Made by a program: the position numbers and the translations under genes. The notes under the pieces are model-generated. The model was not told the origin of the DNA and searched no databases. It saw only the letters and a program-made list of their open reading frames with translations. Source: Phoronis australis (Eukaryota > Animalia > Phoronida). Taken from it: 64,000 nt of DNA. Shown here piece by piece: positions 10,325 to 23,500 of this stretch (within the stretch, counting starts at the first letter, position 1; the number at the start of each line of letters is the position of its first letter). The DNA lies in the NCBI GenBank assembly GCA_002633005.1, contig NMRA01000004.1:1528049-1592048 (forward strand), read 5' to 3'.

Positions 10325-13204
10325 TAACACATAAGTTCGTAAAAAATCAGGTAAAAATCCAAAGACTTAAATTTTTTTTGAACATGTGATGTGTCTGTGC
10401 GTTTCGGCTATGTGTGGGTACAAATCGCGTCATAATAGATAGATGGATACGTCATCACCGACTAACTAACCAGTGTTTGCAATTACGTCATAGCACAGAA
10501 TAAATCGGACGAAAGAATTTAGAGGCAGGAGAACAAAAAGACGGGGAGGGACCATGTCGTTTCTGTTGGATTGGCGCTGGTTTTGCCGTGCTAAACGTCC
10601 AAGTTTAAACATTTAAGTTTAAAGAGCGTGAAAAGTTAAATTGTGAACTAAAACTGACATCAATAAATCCAACCAGAAACACCCAGTATCCTAATTCCAA
10701 AAGTTTGCACGTAAGATTCAGTTGCATGATTTTCATACCTCAAGGGAAGCTTGCGTTTGACCTTGAGCTCAAAATTTACAAAACGGAAGGAACCGGCCAA
10801 TTAAGTCAGTGATCAATTCTTGGCGGCAAAAATAAGATAGTCCCAATAAAGGGGTGTGATGGTTGTTTTATATTAAAATAAGGTCACATTTCTTCGCCAG
10901 AAGTCCTATTTTTGAAAATTTTTAACTCATATCGTAAAATTATACATAGAAAATGAAAATACAAATTCTTTGTCCGGGTTTGACTATAGCCCTCAACCCC
11001 GTGAATAATGTGCCATTCGTTAAAGAGTTGTGGGCGCAAGATATAAGTTTGACGCTTTTAAAATCTGTGAATTTTCAACTGAATGGGCACCAGTCCCGGT
11101 GAAAGGATTAGAATACTAAGAAGTTGTCCTTTTTAACACCGAAAAACCCGGTCTGCCAATTATACAACATAGCTGTGTTTATCAAAATGCATTTTACCTT
11201 TCCGATGACATTCAAGAAATTGTTCAAAATTGATGTAGAAAATAAATCTGAAACTAAATAAGGCGATCCAGATCCTCCCAATGATACTATTGTTTTACGA
11301 AATGTAGAATATAAATAGGTAAATAAAATAACAAGAATGGATCAACTGAAATTTTCGGATGTAATAACGTCCTTTGTCAACAGAAACAGAAATAAAGTAA
11401 AATCAAACACTACTAGAGTACATGACAATTGACATTTAAGATATGGTGTAATGATAAAATGATTCGACCGCTCAATTGCGGGGTTGAACTTCTTCGGGTC
11501 CGGTCCTGGGGTTTGAAACCCGCTCCAGTCCGACTCTTAAAAACATGAGTGACGTCTTGTAAGTCTACTATAGTTTCTTCTAAAAGTTTTAGAGTTGCTT
11601 CATAGTCTCTGATAAACTAAGTTCTTTCTCATAACCTCTGTTTGTAATTTTCGACAACATCAATAAATAAGAATGTATATTTAATCAATTCAAATCTCCT
11701 TTTACTCCTGCTTTTTAAATATCCAAACTTCAAAACGACTGAGCGTCTATCCGCCAGGTCCGGCGGCCGGTCATCCACAACATACATAAAACACGTACAC
11801 TCAACGCTGCATATATAACACCTGTTCCAGTCCAATCTAGCAATATGAGTGACGTCTTGTAAGTCTCCTATAGTTTCTACTAAAAGTTTTAGAGTTGCTC
11901 AATAGTTTTTGATAATTTTTTGTCATAACCTCTGTTTTGTAATTTTCGACATCAAATCTCCTTTTACTCCTGCTTTTTAAATATCCAAACTTCAAAACGA
12001 CTGAGAATCTATCCGTCAGGTCGACACCGGCGGTCATCCACGACACACATAAAACACGGGCACCTTTAATCAGCCCTCAACTATTGCACTAAATAATTTC
12101 AATATTTATTTATTTACGTACTATCATCTAGGACTGATCAAAGGTGCCTGTGGTCAAAAAAGACGACAGAACGACGTGAGCATCCCCATCATCCGTGGTC
12201 AAGCAGCCAACTATTGCACAAAAATCATCATTACATCTAGAAACCAGTACATACTGGTTCCTAACAATATACAGAGTAAATTTGTCGAAAAATATGTATT
12301 TGCTTCGCGATATCACTTTCAGAAACGTTTGTCCTCCAACATGGCGGATGACCTAATTGATGACGTCATTCGATAATACCCTGTACGGAAATCCGGTGAA
12401 GGGTCGATGCACGGCCAGAAGTTGAGTGCTGTTTGTCTGTCGCTGAATTAGTTTAGTTAATGCCAGTCTCTTTATTGGCTTGTTACGGGGGACGTTGGGT
12501 AACACACGGGATATCATTGACGATTTGGTGATTTGTAAATCTTTTTTACCTGAGGTAAGGGATCAATTACTAATGTTGAACAATGAANTGACATTTAAGA
12601 TATGGTGTAATGATAAAATGATTCGACCGCTCAATTCCGGGGTTGAACTTCTTCGGGTCCCGCGGTCTTGGGGGTTGAAACCCGCTCCAGCCCGACTCTT
12701 AAAAACATGAGTGACGTCTTGTAAGTCTCCTATAGTTTCTTCTAAAAGTTTTAGAGTTGCTTAATAGTTTTTGATAATTTTTTTGTCATAACCTCTGTTT
12801 GTAATTTTCGACATCAATAAATAAGAATGTATTTTTAATCAATTCAAATCTCCTTTTACTCATCCAAACTTCAAAACGACTGAGCATCTATCCGTCAGGT
12901 CGACACCGGCGGTCATCCACAACACACATAAAACACGGGCACCTTTAATCAGTCCTCAACTATACACTAAATAACTTCAATATTTATTTATTTACGTACT
13001 ATCGTCCAGGGCTGATCAAAGGTGCATGTGGTCAAAAAAGACGACAGAACGACGTGAGCATCCCCATCATCCCTGGTCAAGCAGCCAACTATTGCACAAA
13101 AATCATCATTACATCTAGAAACCAGTACATACTGGTTCCTAACAATATACAGAATAAATTTGTCGAAAAATATGTATTTGCTTCGCGATATCACTTTCAG
13201 AAAC

Positions 13205-13275
13205 GTTTGTCCTCCAACATGGCGGATGACCTAATTGATGACGTCATTCGATAATACCCTGTACGGAAATCCGGT
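13205..13275 (+). promoter_or_regulatory. Probable Sulf promoter (YY1-like, CRE and ETS-like motifs); duplicated at ~12327-12397
   Basis: caacatggcgg, tgatgacgtca and cggaaatccgg are clustered in a CpG-richer patch just upstream of a consensus splice donor. Confidence 0.45.
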
Positions 13276-13432
13276 GAAGGGTCGATGCACGGCCAGAAGT
13301 TGAGTGCTGTTTGTCTGTCGCTGAATTAGTTTAGTTAATGCCAGTCTCTTTATTGGCTTGTTACGGGGGACGTTGGGTAACACACGGGATATCATTGACG
13401 ATTTGGTGATTTGTAAATCTTTTTTACCTGAG
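13265..13432 (+). other. Putative non-coding first exon of Sulf
   Basis: Ends in a strong donor ctgag|gtaagg. The first coding exon at 20401 is preceded by an acceptor (tttgtttttcag), which implies an upstream exon. Start is approximate. Confidence 0.45.
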
Positions 13433-14847
13433 GTAAGGGATCAATTACTAATGTTGAACAATGAACGGTGATTGATCGTCAACATGCCAAGCGCTGTCAC
13501 CCACTCACTTCTGTCTGGCCAGTCACAGTGGCCTTGTCATTGTATGTGTTAAACTGAAGTTATTACTTCGTTGATGAGAGCTTATCTCAATTTTAAAACA
13601 TAATGTACATCTCCATTTCTCTCTACCTCTACTGTTATCGGCTACGGTGTCTAACGTGTGTGAACTAATTGGTGTTGGACTTGGAGTAACCAAGATTATG
13701 AATCTAACTTCTAAGAGAGTAATCTCGAGATTAGGATGTGGTCATAATTTATACAAAAATGCACTGTGATAAAGAAAAACTTATCTAAAGATTGAAGTGT
13801 GAAACATGTGTCCTGCCTTTGCCTTCTTTTTCTTGTTGCACACTCATATTTACCTGGTGTACATGTTTAAGCCTACCTCCTATAAAATCATATAGATCTA
13901 TCATCTATGGTTTAATCTCCAGATTAATTAGTCTAATAACTCCAGGTTCACTGTTAGTCTATTAGTAATCTGGAGACGAAATATTATTCCAAGTTCAAGC
14001 ATAGTAATTTTGCCCTGGAGAGCTTCTCTCTTTAGAAAATACTTCTCCTACAAAAAAATGTATTACTGGTGTAGTTCCATGGTTTTTCCTTGGGGTACAT
14101 TTTTCCATCAGTGGACGAAATTAAGCTCAATAAAATCACATATTCAGTTTTCTCATCTTGGATATTATTTGTTTGTAAGAAACTGAACCAATAAATTAAA
14201 TACATCTATGTTAAAATGTCTTGGTTTAGTTGATTATCTTCCGTTGTTTTCCATTGATTAAAGTTCGTGCCAGCTATATTCGTCTCATTTTTCCTATGTA
14301 CATTGTGTCATTCAGTTCACGTATCTCAACCAAGAACTTGAAATAGACCCCAAAACTTTTTGAAGATGGGGCCCAGTGTTTGGAAGTGCAAGTCAAACAC
14401 TGTCACGTATGAGAGGTACATTCTAAAAAGAGTGAGATAAGCTACCACGAGTTTACCACACTTGTCTTGTAATTCTTTTTCTGTTCAGTTGGTGTTTTGT
14501 TAACTGTTGTTTAAAAAACTCTTTCAGCAAGTTCAGCTAATTTTAAATTTATGAATTTCACATTCACTCTGCTGTAGCTGGGTATTTTCTTACATTATGT
14601 TTCATAATGTTATCTAGACTGAACTGTGATTATAATATTATGTAATGGTCTGTGACTTTGCCAAACAATTTATTTGGTCATTGATCAAGTTCCTGCAGAG
14701 TTTTAAGAACTGTCAACTGATACTCAGTTGCCCTTCATTAGATTAGTCTGTACAAATATTGCTTGTTACTTATTGGATCTGAGTTTGAAAACACACAGCC
14801 TCATTAAAGTTCTCCTTAAAGGGCAATAAACCTGGGCTTCTGGCAAG

Positions 14848-15140
14848 AAACTAACTTTTGATTAAGAGTACTTCCCAGTATGAAATTGGTTTGTCTCAAC
14901 TTTCCTTAGTGAGATAAGAAGTGAGTTTTGGTATTGCTAAGTACTGACAGTTAGGTTATTGCTGGAGACCTTACATGGCAAATAAAATGACACGCCATGG
15001 CTAGCCAACTTGTAGACCCAGGCCTCAAGCAATAACAAACTACCAATTCCTTCCAAGTGTAGAAATCACACTATTTTGACTAAGAAACAATTAGAGACCA
15101 ATTTCATAATGAAGGGGCCTAAATCAAAAGTTTGTTTTTC
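14848..15140. repeat. Degenerate fold-back (inverted repeat) element
   Basis: aactaacttttgatt...tatgaaattggtttgtctcaactttccttagt is mirrored by actaagaaacaattagagaccaatttcata...aatcaaaagtttgtt. Confidence 0.55.
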
Positions 15141-17257
15141 GTATCCACTTCAACAATAGAATGATGATGAGAAGATTTTTATGTCATCAGTAGCTCGATT
15201 TGTATCATACAGTTATCACGAAATAAAACTTAAGAAAAATTTTCAACATTTCAACAACTAGTACTCAGTTTTTGAGAAATGGAAAATTGTAATTTTGGGT
15301 AATTATTTTTTGTGTAAAATTAAAGAGAAATTACCATAGTTTTGACTCCATATGTATAATAGCATTCGGTCTAATTTTTTATATTTTCAACCTGAACTAC
15401 CATATGTACCGACTTCCTTTTTAATGTCCACCATTTTATGTTGTTGGTGTGCGGTATTTTCTGTTCACAATGATTTGGCCATTTCTTCAGTGGCATAGCT
15501 GAGATTATTATCTCCTCTAGGAGGCAAGTCACCACCAATTTTCTGCCACCAGTTTCTGGGAAGTGGCCCACCTCCCCTTGCCATGGCATTTCATTTTTGC
15601 AAAATCTTTCATGAACTTTTTTGGTATGCTGCAAAGAAACTGACCTTTTCTTACTGTTGTGTTGTTGAATACCCTACTGTATTCCCTGGTGGTTGGAACT
15701 TGTGGTATTACTGATATAAACGTGTACCATTTACACATAGTTCAGTGGTGTAAGATCTCCAAGCACCTATCTGCTCAAGATCAGTGGTGCACATTTACTG
15801 TTCATCTGTTTGCAACAAAACTGACAAGACGGTTCTTACAATTTACTAACAACATATTACATTACACTGGTCTGTCCTCTCCCAACTTTAGATACCCATC
15901 TTGTTGTGAATTCACTGATTATGGGAGTATGTCTTAGATTACAGTCCTGATAGCATTTGTTTTGAAAGTATCAAATGTTGGTTGTCATGTGGTGTTAAAG
16001 GGAATGTGGTTTAACACCCCAGTAACATTTTGAATTTTCCTGGAAGTGGATTCATGACAAGTCTGCCTAATCATTTCTTGAGTGAATTGTGTAACCAGTG
16101 ACAGTAAGTGCTTCCAAATGATAAGTAAGGTCTTGATGAGATTAAAACCCTTTCACAGTGAGTTCAGAAGACTCATAGGTTCATTGCTCAGTGTCGTGAG
16201 GAAAAGAGATTGTTTTGGATGCATGGTAATTCTCCACTTATTTGCACAAAAATAATTGCCAAAATTGTCATTTTCCATTTTTCAAAGGCTGATTACCTTT
16301 TTTGCAATTCAATAAATGTTGTTTTGCGACGTCTGCACGCTACAATCCAGGCTTGTAATTGACTGAAATGTACTTTTGTGGAGAAATTTTACATTTAGCA
16401 TTCACTTGTCAGCCATATTGTGTGCTAGATAAGTGAGGAATTCCTGTATCACTGTTTGGTTAGCTTGGTATATTTTATTTCTTGACTTCATTTCTAACAT
16501 CCATTGGTCTAATTTCACCAATGTCCAGCTTATTTGCATTGGAAGTGATACTTTAGTGGGTTATATTCAACAGGATTTTGGAAGGCGTTATTTAAATTTT
16601 TGTAACATGTTGTAACAATGATTCCATAGAAGCTGTGTAATGTCTAGACAGCAAAACTAATAGCTCAAGTTTAGGTCATTTCAAGCATATTATGTCAAAA
16701 TAATGTCACATTTTTATTGTAAAAACCATCCTTAAAATGTAAAGGTAATCAGAAAATTGTGACCAAAAATTTTCATTTCAAAATTAGGGACATAAGCCAT
16801 AATTTTAAGTTAAATTAAAAAATTTTGTCTGTCATTAGGGAGTTATTACATTAGGCCAAGACATAGTTGGGCCTGGTGTCTGGTTTTTTGAAAATTGAGT
16901 TGGAGGTTTGGCATTTCTTTTTAGTTTCTCACGTTTTCTAAAAAGCAAATGAGATGAGCAAGAAATGGTTCACGATTTGTTTTTTTTTACTCATGTCTTG
17001 GCAAATCATGGTGTTTCATACCTTGCTTACATGCCTTTGTGCAGCTTTTCAAAAACACGAGAACTTGACTGAAACTGATGCAGACGGGTGTTTTTTCTTT
17101 GTCAGTTAGTGAGCGCAGGTCTAAAAATGAGTTGGGGTAGAGTCCAGAGCCAACTTTGGTTTTTTGGCCTAAAATTCTCCGCAACCTGAACATGGGCTGG
17201 GGTCTGATCTTAGCACTCAAAATCAAAAACTAAATTAATTTTGGCATTTTCCTGTCT

Positions 17258-17515
17258 ACTTTTGGGCAAACTCAAGATAAGTGGCTATTCGTCTGTGCTC
17301 AAGTACGTTATAATTGGTGGATATGAGTTTCTAGTCCAACTTTGCACTTAATGACCCCTATATTCTTGCCACTAACTTGGTAAAAACTCGAGATTTCAAG
17401 TACACCCTCGAAATTTCGAATCCCAGACTCGAACTTTTAGCTTTAATGTTGGGGTCATCTAGTACAAACTAGCATTAGCAAGTTATCAATGTAAGCCATT
17501 ATGTACTCAAGCATA
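17258..17515. mobile_element. Palindromic MITE-like repeat, copy A
   Basis: Internal inverted repeat tttgcacttaatgacccc / ggggtcatctagtacaaa; reverse-complement copy at 19625-19822. Confidence 0.6.
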
Positions 17516-19624
17516 GAACATTAGAACATTGTGTTCGAACAAAAGTAAAAAAAGCCAAAAATAATTTAGAGTTTCATTCTGAGTAAAAAGATTAAACTCT
17601 GGGCCCTGGTTGCTTTCGTGTCGGTAGCTTTTTTTGTTTTCCTTACTGACTTGATAACCAGAAGAAATAAAAGTACACCCAAACATTTTGTATTTTGTTT
17701 TCTTTCGGCACGAAACATGGCGTCAGATCGCTTACAAGTGCTTTGTAATCTCGTTTTGGTTCAGCAAGAAACCAAATGTCAAGTCACGTGTGTTGTAATT
17801 TGGCTTTTGTGTTCAGCAAGAACCACAAGGTCAAATCATTTACACTTTGTAATCTGGTTTTGTGTCAGCAAAAACCATCTATTATGAAGTGGTGCTGCAA
17901 TTGCTTACTTATATTCTTAAGTAGCAAGTAAGGAGGTGTAGAAGCATCTGTGTTTTGGGTGGTCCCCTCTTTTTCTTTTTACAAGAATCTGAATTTCTTT
18001 GCCCCAATGATCCCCTGTTTTGGCGCTCAATTTTTGTACAACTTAATGTACACTCAGATTGTTAAACTAGGGTTTGTTACCATGGTATCGGGGTTAGGTG
18101 ACCATATTCAGCTAATTCGGAAACTCATAAATGAACTAGTAATACACCATGACATGGAGGTTTCTCATAAACTCCCAAAAGTGGGTACTTAATGGAAGAT
18201 GAAACTTGACGTGGTACTTAATTGGGTGGGTATTTCGTGGCTAGATTCCTTATGAAAAAGTGTCTTTCCTATTAAATTTGCTGCAAACGGGTCCACTTGA
18301 TGGTTGGAATTCTACAATAGGGCTACTGAGCACACTCTAAAGACCTGATGTACATTACTTGGGTTTGTTGTGTTACAAGACTACTGTCCAAAGTGATGTT
18401 TATTCAATTTTAATTCAATAAAATCAGCATTTCGTCCAGTTAAATCCCCTACATAAGAATAACTTGAAACTGCTCCTTTTACATCTATTAAACTTTCTGC
18501 AAATGGTTCCCTTTTTTACAGTGATAACTCTCTGTAAGGGAGGTTTATAAATTATTATAAAAAATATGTCCAAATACCCTGGGTCAAGAGGTGTGAAGGG
18601 ATGTACCTCGTGATATTTCAGACACAAGCTAGTGAGTAATGCATTGCTCTCTTTCAAGCCCGCTTGTTCACTCGGGAGTTTACTTAATCATAATGGGAAG
18701 TTGACAACACTGCACATTGGAAACACAGACAAACGCTGTCCATACTAGGGTGGTTTAGAGAATGGGTACCAAGACAGTACCAGCCGATGAGAAACCCTGC
18801 TCTAGACAATATTGACTTAACTTTCTGGCTCCTTCCATCAGCCTTTGCTTGGGAGAGTGATTCCTCCGACACATAGGCTCACCCAGAGCCATATTTAAGA
18901 ACAGGATATGTTCAAAAGAATACCTATCGGTTTTTGCAAGAAAACCTAATGATTACACAAAAATACTTTGATCCAGTAAGTGATCTGACTGTTTCTTGAT
19001 AGACACAGTGCGAGATTACAAAACATTGGTGATTTGACACTGTGCTTCCTGTTTAAACGAAACAAGAAAATTAGATGTTGTTGACTTGTAGATTTCATTT
19101 TCTTTTTTCTTGTTGTCATTAGTTGGTACAAATAATGAAATGACGGTAAGTACACGAACCTTGTTGGATAATCAAATGTTGGCTGAGACATTCTTTTTGA
19201 GCTAAGACGTAGTTTTTTATTGTCACCATGTAGTGAAACTTGTTCTTTGCTCAGGGAACAAAATTCTAGCTTTTAAAGGAGGAAAGTAGTGTAGTGTCAA
19301 TGACAGTCTAGCTGTGGAGGAAATGGAATTGCGAAGAGTAGATGTTTTACTGTGTATTTTCTGCCAAAAATGCTGACTTGCAAGTTGTCAGTTTGGGAAT
19401 CAGATTGTACTAAACTATATGCTCAATTAGTGTAGTTTTGAATATGTGTTAGGGCTATTCAGGGTCAGATCCAGGAATTTAGTTGGGAAGGGAAAAGGTT
19501 TCATAAAGAGCAACAGCCTCATATATGTCAACCAGGGCAGAGAAAGCTGACAAGACTTGTTTTAAAGTGACATACTTGATGAAAATTGGTTATTTGAGAT
19601 CGAGGCCCGGACCCTAATCTGTTT

Positions 19625-19822
19625 TATGCTCGAGTAATGGCTTACGTAGATGACTTTCTGATCCTGGTTTGCACTTGATGACCCCAGTATAAAACCTATA
19701 AATTTGTAGCACAGATATAGGGGTCATCTAGTGCAAACGTAGACTAGAAACTCACGTGCATAAACCATGAGATACTCGAGCACAGACTAATAGCCATTTA
19801 TCTTGAGTTTGCACAAGAGTAA
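19625..19822. mobile_element. Palindromic MITE-like repeat, copy B (inverted relative to A)
   Basis: gagcacagactaatagccatttatcttgagtttgc matches the reverse complement of gcaaactcaagataagtggctattcgtctgtgctc at ~17266-17300. Confidence 0.6.
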
Positions 19823-20296
19823 AAAATAATTTCAAGTTTGATTTCAACTACAACGATTAAGCAATGACACCAGGTCTACGACGGATTCAAACACATGACC
19901 TCAGCGGTGGTAGTTAATGGTTTGCTAGCATAGCTAAGCCCCACTCGGCAAGTAGCAATGGTACTTTAAGCATATTTTTAAATTGAGTTGAAACTGATAA
20001 TGGTAGTGGCCTCAGTTTCAGCGAATGACTGGAAGCCAATAGGTGAGGATTGTCAGTTTGCAATAAATCACAAAAACAATACATTTCATTGTTTTATAGT
20101 GTTGGTTCAACCTAGTTACTTCAATAAGTTTCTCCTGTCCAACAATAATTCAAAAAATAAATTTTGATCCTAAAACTGAGGGTGTTCCTTTAACATATCC
20201 TACAAGAAAATGTGCTGTTATTTTAAATTCCTTAATTACCATTTTACGTTGTTTAAATCTCAGTTGTGACCAGTTGTTCACAAAAGATTAGAAGAA

Positions 20297-20374
20297 TTTA
20301 GGATGGGTCTTGTCTAAATCTGTCACTGTTATTGGTTTAGGATGGACCTTGTCTAAATCTGTCACTGTTATTGG
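20297..20374. repeat. 39-bp tandem duplication just upstream of the first Sulf coding exon
   Basis: tttaggatgg(gt/ac)cttgtctaaatctgtcactgttattgg x2. Confidence 0.85.
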
Positions 20375-20408
20375 TTTCTAATGATCAATTTGTTTTTCAG
20401 ATGCTTCC

Positions 20409-20592
20409 ATGATGGATCTCAAATTCATTCTAATTTTCCTACTACTGCACTGTGCACAAGGCAGATTGAGGGGTCAGGATAGGTTTGGTCGCCGATCTAA
20501 TGTAGCTAGAGACAGGACACGCCACAGAACTGCAAGAAGTGGCAAGCCTAATATAATAGTTATACTAACTGATGACCAGGACTCTGAATTAG
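20409..20592 (+). CDS. Sulf1: Sulf coding exon 1 (signal peptide, [17 protein letters not shown])
   Basis: Acceptor ttttcag at 20400; ATG at 20409/20412; donor ag|gtaaaa. Confidence 0.9.
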
Positions 20593-23500
20593 GTAAAATA
20601 CTAGAACTGTCAGTAATAAAAGTTGAAAGTTGTTTTTGATCTGCTTTAAGTTAATTGGCTATAAAGTATTTATATATAACCGCATATTTTTCAAAATCCT
20701 TGTAGAGCACTGTAAGACTGCCAAGACATTTATTATCACGACTGATTTTTTTTGGAAATTTGATGAATTTTTATGGCTATAAAGTATTAATATATAACCG
20801 CATATTTTTCAAAATCCTTGTAGAGCACTGTGAGACTGCTAAGACATTTATTATCACGACTGATTTTTTTTGGAAATTTGATGAATTTTTATGGCTATAA
20901 AGTATTAATATATAACCGAATATTTTTCAAAATCTTTGTAGAGCACTGTAAGACTGCCAAGACATTTATTATCACATGACTGATTTTTTTTGAAATTTGG
21001 TAAATTTTTATGGCTATAAAGTATTAATATGTAACCATATATTTTTTCAAAATTCTTGCAGAGCACTGTAAGACTGCCAAGACATTTATAATCACATGAC
21101 TGATTTTTTGGAAGTATGGTGAATTTTCGCAAAGATCACCTTATTTTACTAAAACATGAAATTTTTCACTAACAATATGCGACTTTTATTTATTTATTCT
21201 ATTAGCTGAACTCTTAGTCCTACATAAAAAAGTCTCAGACACATTTTTGTAGCTTGTAGGATAAAAACCAAAATTTGCTGTGTTTGTGGGAATTTGGTGA
21301 TCATGAAAAAGCAAGATTTTTTTAGAAAGAACACAGTGAGTGCTAGAGGAGGATTATAATGGTCTTCTGAGTAAGAAGCTTGGATGTTGCACCTGCCCAA
21401 ATAGTTTGCTGAGACTTTAATACAGTAGCTAGGAAATTGAGATGAATACNATATATAACCGCATATTTTTCAAAATCCTTGTAGAGCACTGTAAGACTGC
21501 CAAGACATTTATTATCATATGACTGATTTTTTTGGAAATTTGATGAATTTTTATGGCTATAAAGTATTAATATATAACCGCATATTTTTCAAAATCCTTG
21601 TAGAGCACTGTAAGACTGCCAAGACATTTATTATCATATGACTGATTTTTTTGGAAATTTGATGAATTTTTATGGCTATAAAGTATTAATATATTACTGC
21701 ATGTTTTTAAAAATCCTTGTAGAGCACTGTAAGACTGCCAAGACATTTATTATCATATGACTGATTTTTTTTTGGAAATTTGATGAATTTTTATGGCTAT
21801 AAAGTATTAATATATAACCGCATATTTTTTTCAAAATTCTTGCAGAGCACTGTAAGACTGCCAAGACATTTGTAATTACATGACTGATTTTTTTGGAAGT
21901 ATGGTGAATTTTCACAAAGATCACCTTATTTTACTAAAACATGAAAATTTTCACTAACAATATGCGACTTTTATTTATTTATTCTATTAACTGAACTCTT
22001 AGTCCTACATAAAAAAGTCTCAGACACATTTTTGTAGCTTGTAGGATAAAAACCAAAATTTGCTGTGTTTGTGGGGAATTTGGTGATCATGAAAAAGCAA
22101 GATTTTTTTAGAAATAACATAGTGAGTGCTAGAGGAGGATTATAATGGTCTTCTGAGTAAGAAGCTTGGATGTTGCACCTGCCCAAATAGTTTGCTGAGA
22201 CTTTAATACAGTAGCTAGGAAATTGAGATGAATACTTAAGCATGAATTGAAACCGTATACTGATGTTGAGATTGATAAATTGTACTGCATTTTTTGTGAA
22301 AAAGATACCTTTATGTCATTGTGATTGGCGTCATACTGCAGATAGATTGTAAGGCGCTTTGGATAAACAAGGCATTGTGTAAATGACAATGTCATTGTCA
22401 AAAAATGTTATCAATGTCATAGTTAGTGTTATTCCTGATGTTGTCGTTGTTGTTAGTGTGGTTTGTGTTATTGATGTTAAAAATGAATAATTATTTTGCA
22501 GGTTCCATGCAGTTCATGCCAAAGACACTCAAGATTCTGCGTGACGGGGGCGCCCACTTTACAAACTCATTCGTGACCACCCCCATGTGCTGCCCATCGC
22601 GCAGTTCCTTTCTGACGGGCATGTATGTGCATAACCACAACGTGTACACCAACAATGATAACTGCTCTAGTGCCTCCTGGCAACAAAATTACGAGAACAG
22701 AAACTTTGCCACTTACCTGAAGAGTGTTGGCTACAGTAATGGTAAGACTATTATGTTCTCTGTTCTTCAGTACAATAATTTGTCAGTAGCTCCTCTTGAA
22801 GACGGAATTCAGTAAACATGCAGCAATGTTCCCTATTAATGATTTTCGTACACTTACCCAAACTCTCTGTACATTTGTTGATTATCCACATGACAACAAC
22901 AGGGAAGACGGCCAAGAGACCTAACGAGAATAATTTAAATAACGGCTATATTTGGCGACGGGTCATGTCTCATCTTCGTGGGGGTGTGACGCAAACTGAC
23001 TTTGTTTTCCTAGTACGTTTGTATTTCAAGCAGCTATTGGCCTACAGGTGAGTCTTGTCCTTTTGTGACCTGTTGCTGTTAATCCTGTGTCATCTTATTT
23101 CTGCCTGAACATGAGACATACGACCTTTATTTTAATTACTTGTCTTGTATATCTTGGAGGTCTTCTCTATTGTTATCCTGCAGATGATCGACAAACATAC
23201 AGAGAACAAGTATGAATAAAAATCATAACCGGCAACCGTGCCATGCCTTTAGTGAATTCTGTGTTAATAGCAAACATTTTATGTCCAACTCTTTAGTGTT
23301 TTCAGAGTACAAATGTGATGGTTGCTTAACCCAGTTCTTTACCAGAACATTTTCAAGCCTTTGCAGAGGTATAGGACCCCCATATCCACTGCTTTTTTGA
23401 AGCAAATTTACTTTGTTTTATTTGTTTAGTCTGCAAATCAAGCCTGAATTTTGGTTGTCAATATAATGCTAGCAAAGTTTTATTGTTGGATAGCGAGTTA

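Larger units (their letters stand above)
11430..13466. repeat. Tandem near-identical duplication (11430-12587 vs 12589-13466) separated by a single N
   Basis: Both copies start tgacatttaagatatggtg and end aatgttgaacaatgaa; N at 12588; copy 1 carries an extra internal duplication of ~300 bp. Confidence 0.9.

Noticed and set aside
15371-15937. Short ORFs in the first Sulf intron as a nested gene
   Set aside because: No domain recognised and no consistent exon boundaries.
20672-22234. Genuine intronic segmental duplication
   Set aside because: The copies abut a single N at 21450 in repeat-rich sequence; most likely an assembly or haplotype overlap.
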